Shown one piece after another: positions 26,455-38,380 of a stretch of 64,000 bases of DNA; within the stretch, counting starts at the first letter, position 1; every line of letters begins with the position of its first letter. The stretch comes from Mobula hypostoma (Eukaryota), in the NCBI RefSeq assembly GCF_963921235.1, contig NC_086110.1:9610001-9674000 (forward strand), written 5' to 3'. The notes below the pieces were generated by a model that had not been told where the DNA came from, did no database searches, and saw only the letters and a list, made by a program, of their open reading frames with translations. The translations under genes and the position numbers were made by a program.

Positions 26455-29400
26455 TAGAAGCATAGAAAAATAGAAAAACTATAGCACAGTATTGGCCCAA
26501 CGACCCACTATGCTGTGCCGAACATGTACTTACTTTAGAAATTACGTAGGGTTACACATAGCCCTCTATTTTTCTCAGCTTATCCTGGAGTCTCTTAAAA
26601 GACCCTATCGTATCCTCATCCACCACCATCACCGGCAGCCCATTCCACGCACTCACCACTCTCTGCCAAAAAACTTACCCCTGACATCTCCTCTGTACCT
26701 ACTTCCAAGCACTTTAAAACTGTGCCCTCTCGTGATAGCCATTTCAGCCCTGGGAAAAAGCAAGGCCAAGTTCACTCAACCCATTCACTCATTGAGCCAT
26801 GCTCCCTAATCCATGCAACATCCTTGTAAATCTCATCTGCACCCTTTCTATATTTTCCATATGCTTCCTGTAGTGAGGTGACCAGAACTGAGCACAATTT
26901 CCAAATGGTGTCTGACCAGGATCGATATATCTGTAACATTACCTCTCGGCTCTTAAACTCAATCCCATGATTGATGAAGGCCAATGCACTCTATGCCTTC
27001 GTAACCAGAGAGTCAACCCGCGCTGCATGCTTTGAGTGTCCTATGGACTCGGACCCCATATCACTCTGATCCTCCACACTGCACAATACTGCCATCATAT
27101 TTAACCTACCAAAATGAACCATTTCGTACTTATCTGGGTTGAACTCCATCTGTCACTTCTCAGCCCAGTTTTGCATCCTCTCGATGTCCTGCTGCAACCT
27201 CTGACAGCCCAAACCTGACACTACCCACAACACCCCCAACCTTTGTGTCATCAGTAAATTTACTAACCCATCCCTCCTCTTCCTCATCCAGGTCATGTAT
27301 AAAAATCACGAATGGAAGGGGCCCCAGAACAGATTCCTGAGGCACACCACTGGTCACCAAACACTATGCAGAATATGACCGATCTACAACCACTCCTTGC
27401 CTTTCGTGGGCAAGCCAGTTCTGGATCCACAAAGCAAAGTCGCCTTGGATCCCATGCCTCCTTAATTTCTCAATAAATCTTACATGGGGTACCTTAACAA
27501 ATGCATTACTGAAATCCATATACACTACATTTACCTCTCTACCTTCATCAACGTGTTTAGTCACATCCTCAAAAAATTCAATCAGGCACGTAAGGCACGA
27601 TCTGCCTTTGACAAAGTAATGCTGCCTATTCCGAATCATATTTTGCCTCTTCAAATGGTCGTAAATCCTGCCTCTCATGATTTTTTCCGTCAACTTACGA
27701 GCCACTGAAGTAAAATTGTCATGGGGGGGAGGGGCGCTGGTGGCGGACCCAAATGCAAGACACAGACACTGAAGTACTAGGAAAAGGACTTGACAAGCGA
27801 GCTGGGACAAGAACACCAACTTGGGCTAGGACATTGGCTAGGCAAGCGGGACCAGGACAAGGAACTGGGAAGTAGGAGCCTGGGCTTGGACCCCAAGCCG
27901 GAGACTGGACAAGGATCCAGAACCTGGGTCTTGATTCGGGCTCGGATCCCAGAAGTAGGGAAGGACATGACGTGGCTACAGGACTGGACATGTCTTAGGT
28001 TCTTCATGGCCTGGGTTCTTCGACGCAAGGACATTTTGAGGCTTGGGTTCTTCGAGGCGAGTACGTGACAAGGCTTCAGTTCGGAATCCGAGCCAGAGAC
28101 AAGACAATGACCGAGAACCTGGGTCTTGACTCGGGCTCGGACTCCGGGACTAAGCAAAGACATGACGTGGTCTTGGGAGACAGGATTGGCGAAGCTACAG
28201 GACAGAATGAGAGACTCCTAGACAAGACGAAGGAACTCCAATTCAGAACGAGGGATCTCCAGCACAGGATGAAGCACATGGACAGGACGAGAACACGAAG
28301 CCTTGACTTGGTACTCAGGAACAGCCGAGCCTTGGTCTTGGGACAACAGAAACCTCGGAACCTTGGATTTGCAACGACAGGAACGCAGACCACAGAGTCG
28401 TGGTCTTAGGGAGGACAGGAACACAGAGCCTTGGTCTAGAGCACGGGAACATGGAGCCTTGGACTTGAGAGACAGGAACACAAGGACATGGAACACAGAG
28501 CCGGGACCCCTCCATGGGAACAGGACATAGGGCCGGGACTCACACACAGAATGCTGAACACGACGAGACGGTTCCCAACATTAGGTAGTGGTAAACGGCC
28601 GGACCTACCTAGCGAAGGCGTGGATACAGAGACAGTTCCAGCCTAACGATAGACAGTTCTTTATCTTGACACAGCAAGGCTCCGGTCTCGCTCCAATGGT
28701 TGAATTTGATAAGGTTGCAGGCAAGGCTCCAGACACAGGTTGCAAGCAAGGCTTCAGAAGGAAGAGGAAGGGAAGGGAACAGTCCAGCCTTAGGGTAACG
28801 GCAAAGACGGCCTGACTTACCCCACGGAGGCGAGGACGGGATACTGACGAGATAAACCAGCAACCACACTCGAACCCAGGGCCACTTATATTCCCAACCT
28901 CATGACGAGTATCAGGTGCCTATGATTAAGCCCAACTGGTACAAGGGACAGCCGAAAAACCCGGAGTCCGGAGCCCACGGACCGGACCATGAACCGGAAT
29001 ACTGACTTCACGGACCGGACTATGATAAAGATTCACTGGTCTATAATTTCCTGGTCTATCTCTACCTCCATTCTTGAATAAGAGAAGACCATCTGCAATC
29101 CTCCAATCCTGCGGAACCTTTCCCATTCCCACTGATGATGCAAAGATCATTGCCAGAGATTCAGCAATCCCCTCCCTCGCCTCCCACAGTAGTCTGGGGT
29201 ACATCTCGTCTGGTCCCGGAGACTTATCAATCTTGATGCTTTCCAACAGCTCCAGCACATTTTCTTTCTTAATTTCTATATGTTCAAGCTTTACAATCTG
29301 CTCTAAGTCATCCCTATAACTACCAAGATCCCTTCCGTAGGGAATACCGAAGAAAGTATTTATTAAGTACCTCAGCTATCTCCTCCGGTTCCATATACAC

Positions 29401-29620
29401 TTTTCCACTATCACACTTGATTGGTCTTATTCTCTCACATCTTATCCTCTTGCTCTTCACATACTTGTAGAATGCCTTGTGGTTTTCTTTTATCTATGGC
29501 CCCTTCTGGCTCTCTGAATTTCATTCTGAAGCTCTTCATGCTAGCCTTATAATCTTCTAGATCTCTATCATTACTTAGTATTTTTTGAACCTTTTGTAAG
29601 CTTTTCTTTTCATCTTGACT
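26455..29620 (-). mobile_element. Decayed CR1 LINE (intronic), interrupted by a solo LTR
   Basis: RT remnants [28 protein letters not shown]; tail repeat at about 26455-26480. Confidence 0.88.
27717..29027 (-). mobile_element. Solo LTR-like element with internal tandem repeats
   Basis: Ends TGTCA...TGATA (degenerate TG..CA); inserted into CR1 motif PVNL|TSV; flanks aaaat/aagat; repeated gagccttggtcttgggac units. Confidence 0.7.
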
Positions 29621-29726
29621 GGATTAATAACTATTGGTTATAATGTGAATATCGTTAATTCTGTCCATATTACATCATCCATTGAACGGCCACAATATAC
29701 GGTACTAAATGAATGCATGAACGAAC

Positions 29727-29764
29727 CTCACGTCGATTCGCTTCCGTAACGCATTCCTCTTTAC
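29727..29764 (-). CDS. IgSF receptor copy 1: probable short cytoplasmic exon (G-KEECVTEANRRE)
   Basis: Acceptor tttcgtttcag; donor GAG|GTTCGT; phase 1 to 0 links TM exon to tail exon; same 38-nt exon conserved in copy 2 (GNEECLREGNRRE). An alternative donor gtgagg lies 5 nt earlier. Confidence 0.5.
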
Positions 29765-29899
29765 CTGAAACGAAATATGACATGAAAATGTAGCACCATC
29801 GACTCGAGTTGTTAACTCAGTGATTACAAAGATATTTATAATAATACACTAATTTCAGCATCTGTGGAATCTTGTGCTAAGGATAATTATATTTATGAA

Positions 29900-30200
29900 A
29901 CATGTCACAGAGGCGCAATAGGAAGTGCCTAGAATTCCGGCGATCGGTTCAGTATTCACTACAGAATAGGATCTTGGTGATTGTAGGGATGAATTACAGT
30001 GGACCTGTAATATCAGATGCTACTACGTCATCCAAGTAATGACATGTGTTTCTCTAAGATGCACCACAGTCCTCCCGCATCCATACTCATACAGGTTAGG
30101 CGACTTTAAATTTCCTGAAGTGTGTGCATTTCGCAGGACATAGTGAGCATAACGTTACAGGAAAATAAATTGGAGCGTCGGATCAATAGGAATCTTGCGA
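29900..30200 (+). mobile_element. Old tRNA-derived SINE remnant (HE1/V-SINE-like); counterpart at about 46840-47060
   Basis: cacagtg(g)cgca...ttgcctcac head and cctccc(a/g)catc...ggttagg body, by recall of family consensus. Confidence 0.5.
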
Positions 30201-30774
30201 GGGGAGGCGGAAAACACAACAGGCCGAAGATTCGATACCTATATGTGTATCTGCAGATTCTGCTTACTCCAATCCGGAAATGAAAGTAATCGCTCGGGAT
30301 ACCAATGGAATACAAGGGTAGAGAATGGAACAGCTATTTCATGTCACAGTCTTCCATGCACGACTGAGTATTTTGGTTGAGCATTTTATGAGGTATCTCA
30401 TAAATAACGTGGGTTCCAAACACTCCGCCGCAGGTTGCACCAAATCTCTCGGCTGAAAGAGTAAATGGGTTTTACTATCTTTGATGTAATCCTTACAGAA
30501 TCTTCCATCGTTTCCGCAGTCCGTCGGAGCTCATGCTGAATTTCTGGTTCTTATTTCGGTGGCTTCGAAACAGTACCAGTTAATGTTCTCTTTTCAATTT
30601 CTGGCGGAGAATAGAATGACTGGCTTCTATTAAATGTCTGAAATACGTGATACAGACTTTGGAGGCGAAAAAGAGTACTGAAGCTCCACTGAAATCGCTG
30701 AAATGTTTTTCCTCTTGTTTGTTGTTCTTTTTTTGTCCTGACTGTAGATTTGAAAGATGTTCTTTAAAACTTAC

Positions 30775-30888
30775 CCTTATTTTCCTGCTTTCGGTACCAC
30801 GTTCCAATGATGATTATCAGTAGTAGAAACGCCAGTCCACCCACCGCACAACCGGGAACCCAAGAGGAACGGGTTTTGCCAGAGGAAC
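30775..30888 (-). CDS. IgSF receptor copy 1: transmembrane exon
   Basis: ctccag| GSSGKTRSSWVPGCAVGGLAFLLLIIIIGTWYRKQENK |gtaagt; 114 nt, phase 1-1; not in the ORF track frame. Confidence 0.88.
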
Positions 30889-31451
30889 CTGGAGATTGTA
30901 AGAATATACGTTGTGGAAGCTGCGAAGTAATTACATAATTCACGTTTTTGGGAGTAGGTGAAGGATGGCTGCTGGTGCTTGTGCTGGTGACGGCGTTGGG
31001 GTGTGTGAATAAGCGGATGAACCCGCAGCACAGATTAGGGAAGAAATAAGAGAGAAAAAGTAAATAAAATGCATGGCGACTTTAGTTTTTTAGCAAAATA
31101 AACCCAGACATTGTTCTTCCATCGGACAGCTGAATTATGTTGAATTGATCTGAGACTCCCTGTAACTCAAGGCTGCTCAACAAACATGATAGGAGTATTG
31201 TGGGTGGGGTTGGGAAGAGTCTGAAACAATTTTCCATTCAGAGATTGATAATATATTAAATCATAGCTTGTTATGTTATAAACCCAGCCACTCCCCCCCC
31301 CCTACACACACACACACACACACCACTGCGACACAATCATATCGAAGATGGCAAACCCGCCTTTCATTTTGAACGGATAGAAATTTAGAAATATGTATTG
31401 GAAATTTCAACAAGTGATAGTACTAATAACCCGCGCAACGGTGGGAATCTT

Positions 31452-31456
31452 CCTGC

Positions 31457-31502
<46 letters not shown>
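31452..31502. repeat. (TG)n microsatellite; shorter (CA)n at about 31304-31322
   Basis: Directly visible. Confidence 0.9.
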
Positions 31503-31503
<1 letters not shown>

Positions 31504-31922
31504 GTTTGTATGTCTGTGAAACATGATGGAAGTTCGAGGTCAAGCCGAAGCTTCTTCAAACACTGCAACTGAAAGGAACGGAATCACTGGTATAGGATGG
31601 AATTCTGGTGATCAACCAGTGCACAGAAAAAAAAACATCAAATCACATGGGTGGAAACGCAAATTATTAAAATAGATGCACTTGTTTCTCTAAGTTGTAA
31701 AATACAGAAAAGAGTTTGAATGTAAATGACAGTCACGGGACAATGCGCTCATTGTTTACTGCCTTGCAACACATGGAATTCGATATTAAATAAAAGCCTT
31801 CAATACTACGTTGTACTTAACATTTCCAATTCAATTAAGTTGAATTTTCCTCGCGACCAGTAACAAACAGTGATAGTATATTGTATGTATATTTGATGTA
31901 TTAACAAGAAATGGCCTCGTAC

Positions 31923-32225
31923 CTTGGTTAGATTTGGAAATAGAATGGACTGCTACCGCTGAAATATTGAGGGAGACATGAGACACCGAACAGGTATAAT
32001 TTGTGTCGTTCTGGACCGGCTGTGTCTCCTTCAAGTTGCTCGAAACCACATAAAGTCCGTCGTTGTCCTTCCTTACCTTGGTGTGTATGCCTAATGCTAT
32101 TTCAATGCCATTTTTATACCAAGTAAGCGAGAAATTCTTGGGATAAAAGGCAGATGTTTCACACACGATAATGAAAGTTGTAGCTGAATTTCTTTTCGCG
32201 GAAATCTTCAGTGGCGTTGGAACTG
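31923..32225 (-). CDS. IgSF receptor copy 1: Ig C1-set domain exon
   Basis: ccgcag|...IVCETSAFYPKNFSLTWYKNG...GLYVVSSNL...YTCSVSHVSL...|gtacga; 303 nt, phase 1-1; C1 hallmarks C-x4-FYP, W, YxCxVxH. Confidence 0.93.
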
Positions 32226-33224
32226 CTGCGGAACAGATAGTGGAAAACATATTAAATGATGTTGCGATAGTGAAATACTTCCTGTTAATTAAGCACAAGT
32301 CTATTAATTCTGAAGGTTGCATTTGAAGGAATGATATTAATAGATTCTATATCAGTTATTAATGCCCGATTCATGGTCATACTACACGACAGCATTTGCT
32401 GTTTCTCACTATCTCAACGATAATGACGCCACTTCGGATATTCATATTGTGGTTTTCCGAAGAAAACCCTCAAAGAGTCAGTAGCTCAACGAAACAGAAT
32501 TTGATTCTCATGGACAGTGAACACTGAACTGCAGTACAATGATGTGAAAATGAGTAAGTCAGCTGCTACATCATAAAATTCCCTGTCGTGGTACAGAAGT
32601 GGGTGAAAATGATATATTGTTTCCAAATACGTCGCAGCATCATACCATTTGCAAACTATGAAATTTGTTGAAAGAGTGCTCGCTTTAGTTTTGAGTTTTA
32701 CACGCTCCAGTTCACCATGCCGAGTAATTCCCTTTCAAATCCGTTACATTTAATCTATACTTCTCAACGACTTCTCATCAATAAATAATACATTAATCAG
32801 TAAGAGATTCGATTACAGTGGTAGAGGCTTTGGAACTTGGGCCTTAATCCAGACAAGTTTCATGTAATGCCTATTGGGAAGTCATAAGGTGGCAGGAAAC
32901 ATACAATAAATGCTGGGGCGCTAAGAAATGTTTTCAACGGTCAAACCTTTAGACTCAAATTCCTGTAAAGTGGCAACAGAGGATGGCGCAGGAAGTTTAC
33001 TTTTATAGGTAAACAGGTAGAATATAAAATATGTAATAGTGCATGAAATATTATCTCAGACCGGTTAAACAACATTCGGATTATTCGTAACAGTCTGGTT
33101 TGCACAATATAAGAACTATGTACTTTGCCGGAGGGAGTGGGGAACACTCGCAGTTTTTTTTTTCTTGAATGGGGAGGAATGTTGTTCTGAAGTCAGATGA
33201 GGTCATTTCAAACCGTGTGTTTGA

Positions 33225-34170
33225 AACATAGAGACATAGAAAACCTACAGAACAATACGGGCCCTTCGGCCCACAAAATTGTGCCGAACATGTCCCGACC
33301 TTAGAAATTACAAGGCTTACCTATAGCCCTCTATTTTTCTAAGCTCTATCCAAAAGTCCCTTAAAAGTCCCTATCGTATCCGCCTCCACCACCGATGCCG
33401 GTAGCCTATTCCACGCCCTCCCCACCCTCTGCGTAAAATCCTTACCCCTGACATCTCCTCTGTACCTACTTCCCAGCACCTTAAACCTGTGTCCACTTGT
33501 GGCAACCATTTCAGCCGTGGGAAAAAGCCTTTGACTATCCACACGATCAATGCCTCTCATCATCTTATACACTCTATCAGGTCACCTCTCATCCTCCGTC
33601 GCTCCAAGGAGAAAAGGCCGAGTTCACTCAACCTATTCTCATAAAGCATGCTCCCCAATCCAGGCAACATCCTTGTAAATCTCCTCTGCACCCTTTGTAT
33701 GGTTTCCACATCCTTCCTATAGTAAGGCAACCGGAACTGAGCTCAGTACTCCAAGTGGGGTCTGACCAGGGTCCTATATAGCTGCAACATTACCTCTCGG
33801 CTCCAAAATTCCATTCCACAATTGATGAAAGCCAATCTTAACCACAGAGTCAACATGCGCAGCTGATTTGAACGTCCTATGGACTCGGACCCCAAGATCC
33901 ATCTGATCCTCCAAACTGCCGAGAGTCTTACCATTAATATTATATTCTGCCATCATATTGACCTACCAAAATGCACCAGTCACACTTATCTGGGTTGAAC
34001 TCCATCTGCCACTTCTCAGCCCAGTTTTGCTTGCTGTCAATATCCTGCTGTAGCCTGTGACCACCCTCCACACTATCCACAACACCTCCAACCTTTGTGT
34101 CATCAGCAAACGTAATAACCCATCCCTCCACTTCGTCATCCAGGTCATTTATAAAAATTACGAAGAGTAA
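33225..34170 (-). mobile_element. CR1 3' fragment in the V-C1 intron
   Basis: FADDTKVGG, RPHLEY remnants; 3'UTR with tail at about 33225-33245. Confidence 0.85.
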
Positions 34171-34719
34171 GATTTTGAAACATGTCATTTTTGAATACAT
34201 CTTTCCGGACTTAAGCAAGTAGACTGTCTAATTTACTTTAGGATTTATGATTTGATTTTATAACATCCTACGCTCGTGTTTATCATTGCCTAATTACAAG
34301 TTCCAAAAAACAGGAACGTTTATCGTGTAACTAATTTATCCAGGAAATTATATCCATTGGGTTTCACATAAGCCCTTTCAAAAAACAAACAGCGGAGGGA
34401 AAAATAAAGTGCCACAAGGGAACCGATCAGAGGCTAAACAAATTTTGAAATTTGTGATATTTTGAAGCACTGTCTTCAAAAAATGGAGGTGCTGAGAGAT
34501 TTCAGTAAGGAATTGCAAAGTTTTCATGCTTGATTACCCTTCGTTGCCGCCACTACTATTGGAAGGATTATATCCTTATCTGGCAACCCTTTACGATTTA
34601 ATCTACTATAATCCAACGATTCTCCAAATAGTATCATTCTTTGGAATTTACAGACAGATATTTCTGTATCACAGATCCATGGAAAGGCGTAGAGGAATAA
34701 GGATTAAAACAGTAACAGT

Positions 34720-35455
34720 ACAAAGTAAATGGCAGGATATTTGGTAGTGTGGAGGAGCAGAGGGATCTCGGGGTACATGTCCACAGATCCCTGAAAGTTG
34801 CCTCACAGGTGGATAGGGTAGTTAGGAAAGTTTATGATGTGTTAGCTTTCATAAGTCGAGGGATAGAGTTTAAGAGTCGCGATGTAATGATGCAGCTCTA
34901 TAAAACTCTGGTTAGGCCACACTTGGAGTATTGTGTCCAGTTCTGGTCACATCACTATAGGATGGATGTGGAAGCATTGGAAAGGGTACAGAGGAGATTT
35001 ACCAGGATGCTGCCTGGTTTAGAAAGTATGCATTATGATCAGAGATTAAGGGAGCTAGGGCTTTACTTTTGGAGAGAGGGAGGATGAGAGGAGACATGAT
35101 AGAGGTGTACAAGATAATAAGAGGAATAGATAGAGTGGAAAGCCAGCGGCTCTTCCCCAGGGCACCACTGCTCAATACAAGAGGACATGGTTTTAAGGTA
35201 AGGGGTCGGAAGTTCAAGGGGGATAATAGAGGAAGGTTTTTTACTCAGAGAGTGGTTGGTGCGTGGAATGCACTGTCTGAGTCAGTGGTGGAGGTAGATA
35301 CACTAGTGAAGTTTAAGAGACTACTAGACAGGTATATGGAAGAATCTAAGGTGGGGGCTTATATGGGAGGCAGGGTTTGAGGGTCGGCACAACATTGTGG
35401 GCCGAAGGGCCTGTACTATGCTGTACTATTCTATGTTCTATGTTCTATGTTCTAA
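34720..35455 (+). mobile_element. CR1 3' fragment in the V-C1 intron
   Basis: RDLGVHVHRSLK...RPHLEYCVQFW; (ctatgtt)n tail. Confidence 0.88.
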
Positions 35456-35689
35456 GTAACGTGACATCTCTGGTTGCTAATAATAGAGAACAGACTGCAG
35501 ATTATGACATATTTGACATATTTTGTGGATCTGGTGATTCCTTGCAACCCTTCAGACCCTCTCGTATTCGCAAACAGTGGATAGAGCGATGGAGAATGAA
35601 TGATAAAGGACATCTTCATAAGCGTCTGTTTCTTGGCGTATATTCTTTATAGTTAATAGATAATTTATTCGCCTATTAATTTAACTTAC

Positions 35690-36010
35690 CATTCACTTTT
35701 AGAAGTGAACCAGTTCCATTTCTTGCAGACAGTCCTTTGCGGGTCACTGAACAGAAATACAGTCCAGAATCTTGGATCATTACTTGTTGCAACTCAAAGT
35801 ACCAAGTTCTTGTACCTCTCAGACCAGAACTTTTTCTGTTGCCGATGCCTGTCCGTTGGTAATTATTCTCGCCCTGTTTCCACCAATGCACTTTCGTCCA
35901 GGATTGATCCTGAGAAATGGGAAATAAGCAGTAGAACGTGACGTTCCCTCCTTTGGATACAACCGCTTCTTTGGGCAATTGAGTTACACTGAACGTACTC
36001 TGATCCGCAG
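35690..36010 (-). CDS. IgSF receptor copy 1: Ig V-set domain exon with J-like G strand
   Basis: ttttccttgacag|...FSVTQLP...VTFYC...VHWWKQG...DSGLYFCSV...NGTGSLLKVN|gtaagt; 321 nt, phase 1-1. Confidence 0.93.
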
Positions 36011-38171
36011 CTGTCAAGGAAAAGTTAGGTTGGTTAAATTATCAATGAAATGAATTTTTTAATAAATGTGACCGACTGTACACCTGAATCACAGTTAGAC
36101 TCAATATCATGGAAGCTAACCAGAGATTGATTTATAAATTATGGAACGCAGAAAATGAATAAAGCTATACCTATGTAAATGTTCCAACTGACTGCCAGGA
36201 GGAGCAGCATACTTGACATCCTGCCGAACAGATCAAGCTAATGAGTCTGTAGATGCACGACTTTAATCGGAGAGTGGGGGAGTGGTTTGCATTCTATAAA
36301 GGATGATTCATATCCTGTCTTTGAATGGGGTGGTGTAGTTACAGCGATCGATTCGTAAGTCAGTGACTTACCAGAGTACGGGTAATAATACATGTAATAA
36401 TTCGATTTTTTGTTGCTACTCTCTTTACTAGCACACATGTTGTTTCACTGATGATGTTAGATCTGGAAATAGTGTAAATGTCACAAGGTTTTAAAACTTC
36501 TTTAATCGTTATTTTAGCATGCCTTTATGGATCTACAATACCAAATTTTCACAACCTTTGCACATTTAAGGACTTTTATAATAATTTTGAATATTAATAG
36601 TGAATATTTAGGGTGCATTGACGAGTGAACAAATACTGAAAATGCTGGTTCTTAAGCCGAGCGACTCAGTCGGCGATCATGAATGTGTGGTCAGCGTTGA
36701 ACAGACAATTTTTCTGGACCACATCGAGTTTGAAAAGAAGGATTGTTGGAACCAAAGAGAAACGTTAGGATAGATGCGTCCCCGGGGTTGTGAAGTTCAG
36801 TTTCCTAGCAGAGAATTGGAAGGTGGCATAGAATAAGTTGTTGCGTTGTTCAAGAAAGGTAATAGGAACGCTCCTGTGATTATAGATCGGTGAGTCTTAT
36901 TTGAGTGGTGGGAAAAGCATTGGAGAGGATTCTTAGGGACACGATTTATTAGAATTTGGAGAAACAAAACACTTTCTCTCCTTTCCGATATACACAGTTA
37001 TTCCTACACTCACTCAAACCTCACTAATCTATTTCCTTCACCTCCTTTACGCATTCCTTTTTCCATGTACTTTATTGAATGGCTCCATTTTCTCATCCTA
37101 TCTATCTTCACCCACGACCCGGACATCACTCTATGCTCTACTTCCTCTCATGACCTTCAGCCATTGTCGTTTCCATCAATCACCTCTATTAACCACCACG
37201 ATTAATGCAGCATTGTTTCTTCATCAGTACTCAATTGTGACTGGGGACGAATCGTGATAACACAGTAAGATCTATGACATTGAAGACAACAAACTGTTCT
37301 AGAGTATACCCACTATAACGAAAGCTCCTCCAAATATTTATGGATCGACAGGGGAAGCATCCATAGAACCAGACTGCAGAGAACAAATTCCCGGGTGCCG
37401 TTTGCTGTCCTGTACTCAAGAGCGCACTATCTGGTATATATCCCTGCAAAGTGAAACATCAGCAACAACCTATCGGAGATTCAGGTGGCTCCCAGTTTGC
37501 CATTTTCTTTCGTTGTTAATCTTTTTAAAAATTATGTGCAATATATAAACAATGCCAGAATATTGCTTTATTCCCTGAAGCAGATAGCGTTCTTTCAGTT
37601 ACGCGTTATTTAAGAGCTCATTATTCATAGTCGATTACTGAACCAAATTCCAAGGTATTCAGTAACAAGTTGTGCTTAATGAGTAATACGATATTTTGCA
37701 GGAAAAGATGGATATATTCAAGCAAAATAATGGTTACAGATTGGATCATATTTGATTAGTACACATAAATATTTTCTCTAATTACAGTGCAGTTTTATAC
37801 AGGAAAAGCAGCTTGGGAATTTCAGATCATGTCTTTTGTGCAAGTCTAATAACGTGCTAAGCATTATCAAATGAGGGGAAAACATTAACTGAAAGCCTGT
37901 AGTCTGATTTTAACGAAGTGCTATTCTTTCATTCCTAATTCCAATGAACAGAGTAATATTTAGGACAAGATGTTGTTCTGTAGCTATAATTGTATTCCAC
38001 TGAAATGCGCTGGCATTAGCGTAATTGTAGTTTAAATGAAATGAAATAGATTTTGGTTTATGTGGGCGTATCAGAATGGTATTAACTGAAGTGCCAAAGG
38101 TGTTTGAATTGTCGTGCAATGATAACCTCATATATTCTTGGGTAACGCTCGCAGGAAAGATTGGATTACTC

Positions 38172-38380
38172 AGTGAATGCAGCAGGCCAGGCAGCATCTT
38201 TAGGAAGATGCACAGTCGACGTTTCGGGCCGAGACCCTTCGTCAAGGCTGACGAAGTGTCTCGGCCCGAAACGTCGACTATACCTCTTCCTAGAGATGCT
38301 GCCTGGCTTGCTGCATTCACCAGCAACTTTTATGTGTGTTGCTTGAAATTCCAGCATCTGCAGATTTCCTCGTGTTTGGA
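38172..38380. mobile_element. Inverted pair of Penelope pseudo-LTR fragments
   Basis: Arms 38172-38244 and 38249-38320 are inverted copies, each with a (c/t)tgacgaag..tctcggcccgaaacgtcgac core. Confidence 0.85.

Noticed and set aside
27719-28869. Cluster of overlapping 65-130 aa ORFs on both strands
   Set aside because: They arise from the stop-poor tandem repeats of the solo LTR; no recognisable domain
30480-30620. Putative extra cytoplasmic exon (acceptor ccgccag|aaattgaa, conserved in both copies)
   Set aside because: The phase-1 frame reaches a stop in both copies and no shared donor is evident; cannot be excluded as an alternative short-tail exon
37231-37449. 72-aa minus-strand ORF after a plausible acceptor as a receptor exon
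   Set aside because: No Ig, signal-peptide or TM pattern in a clean frame and no compatible donor found
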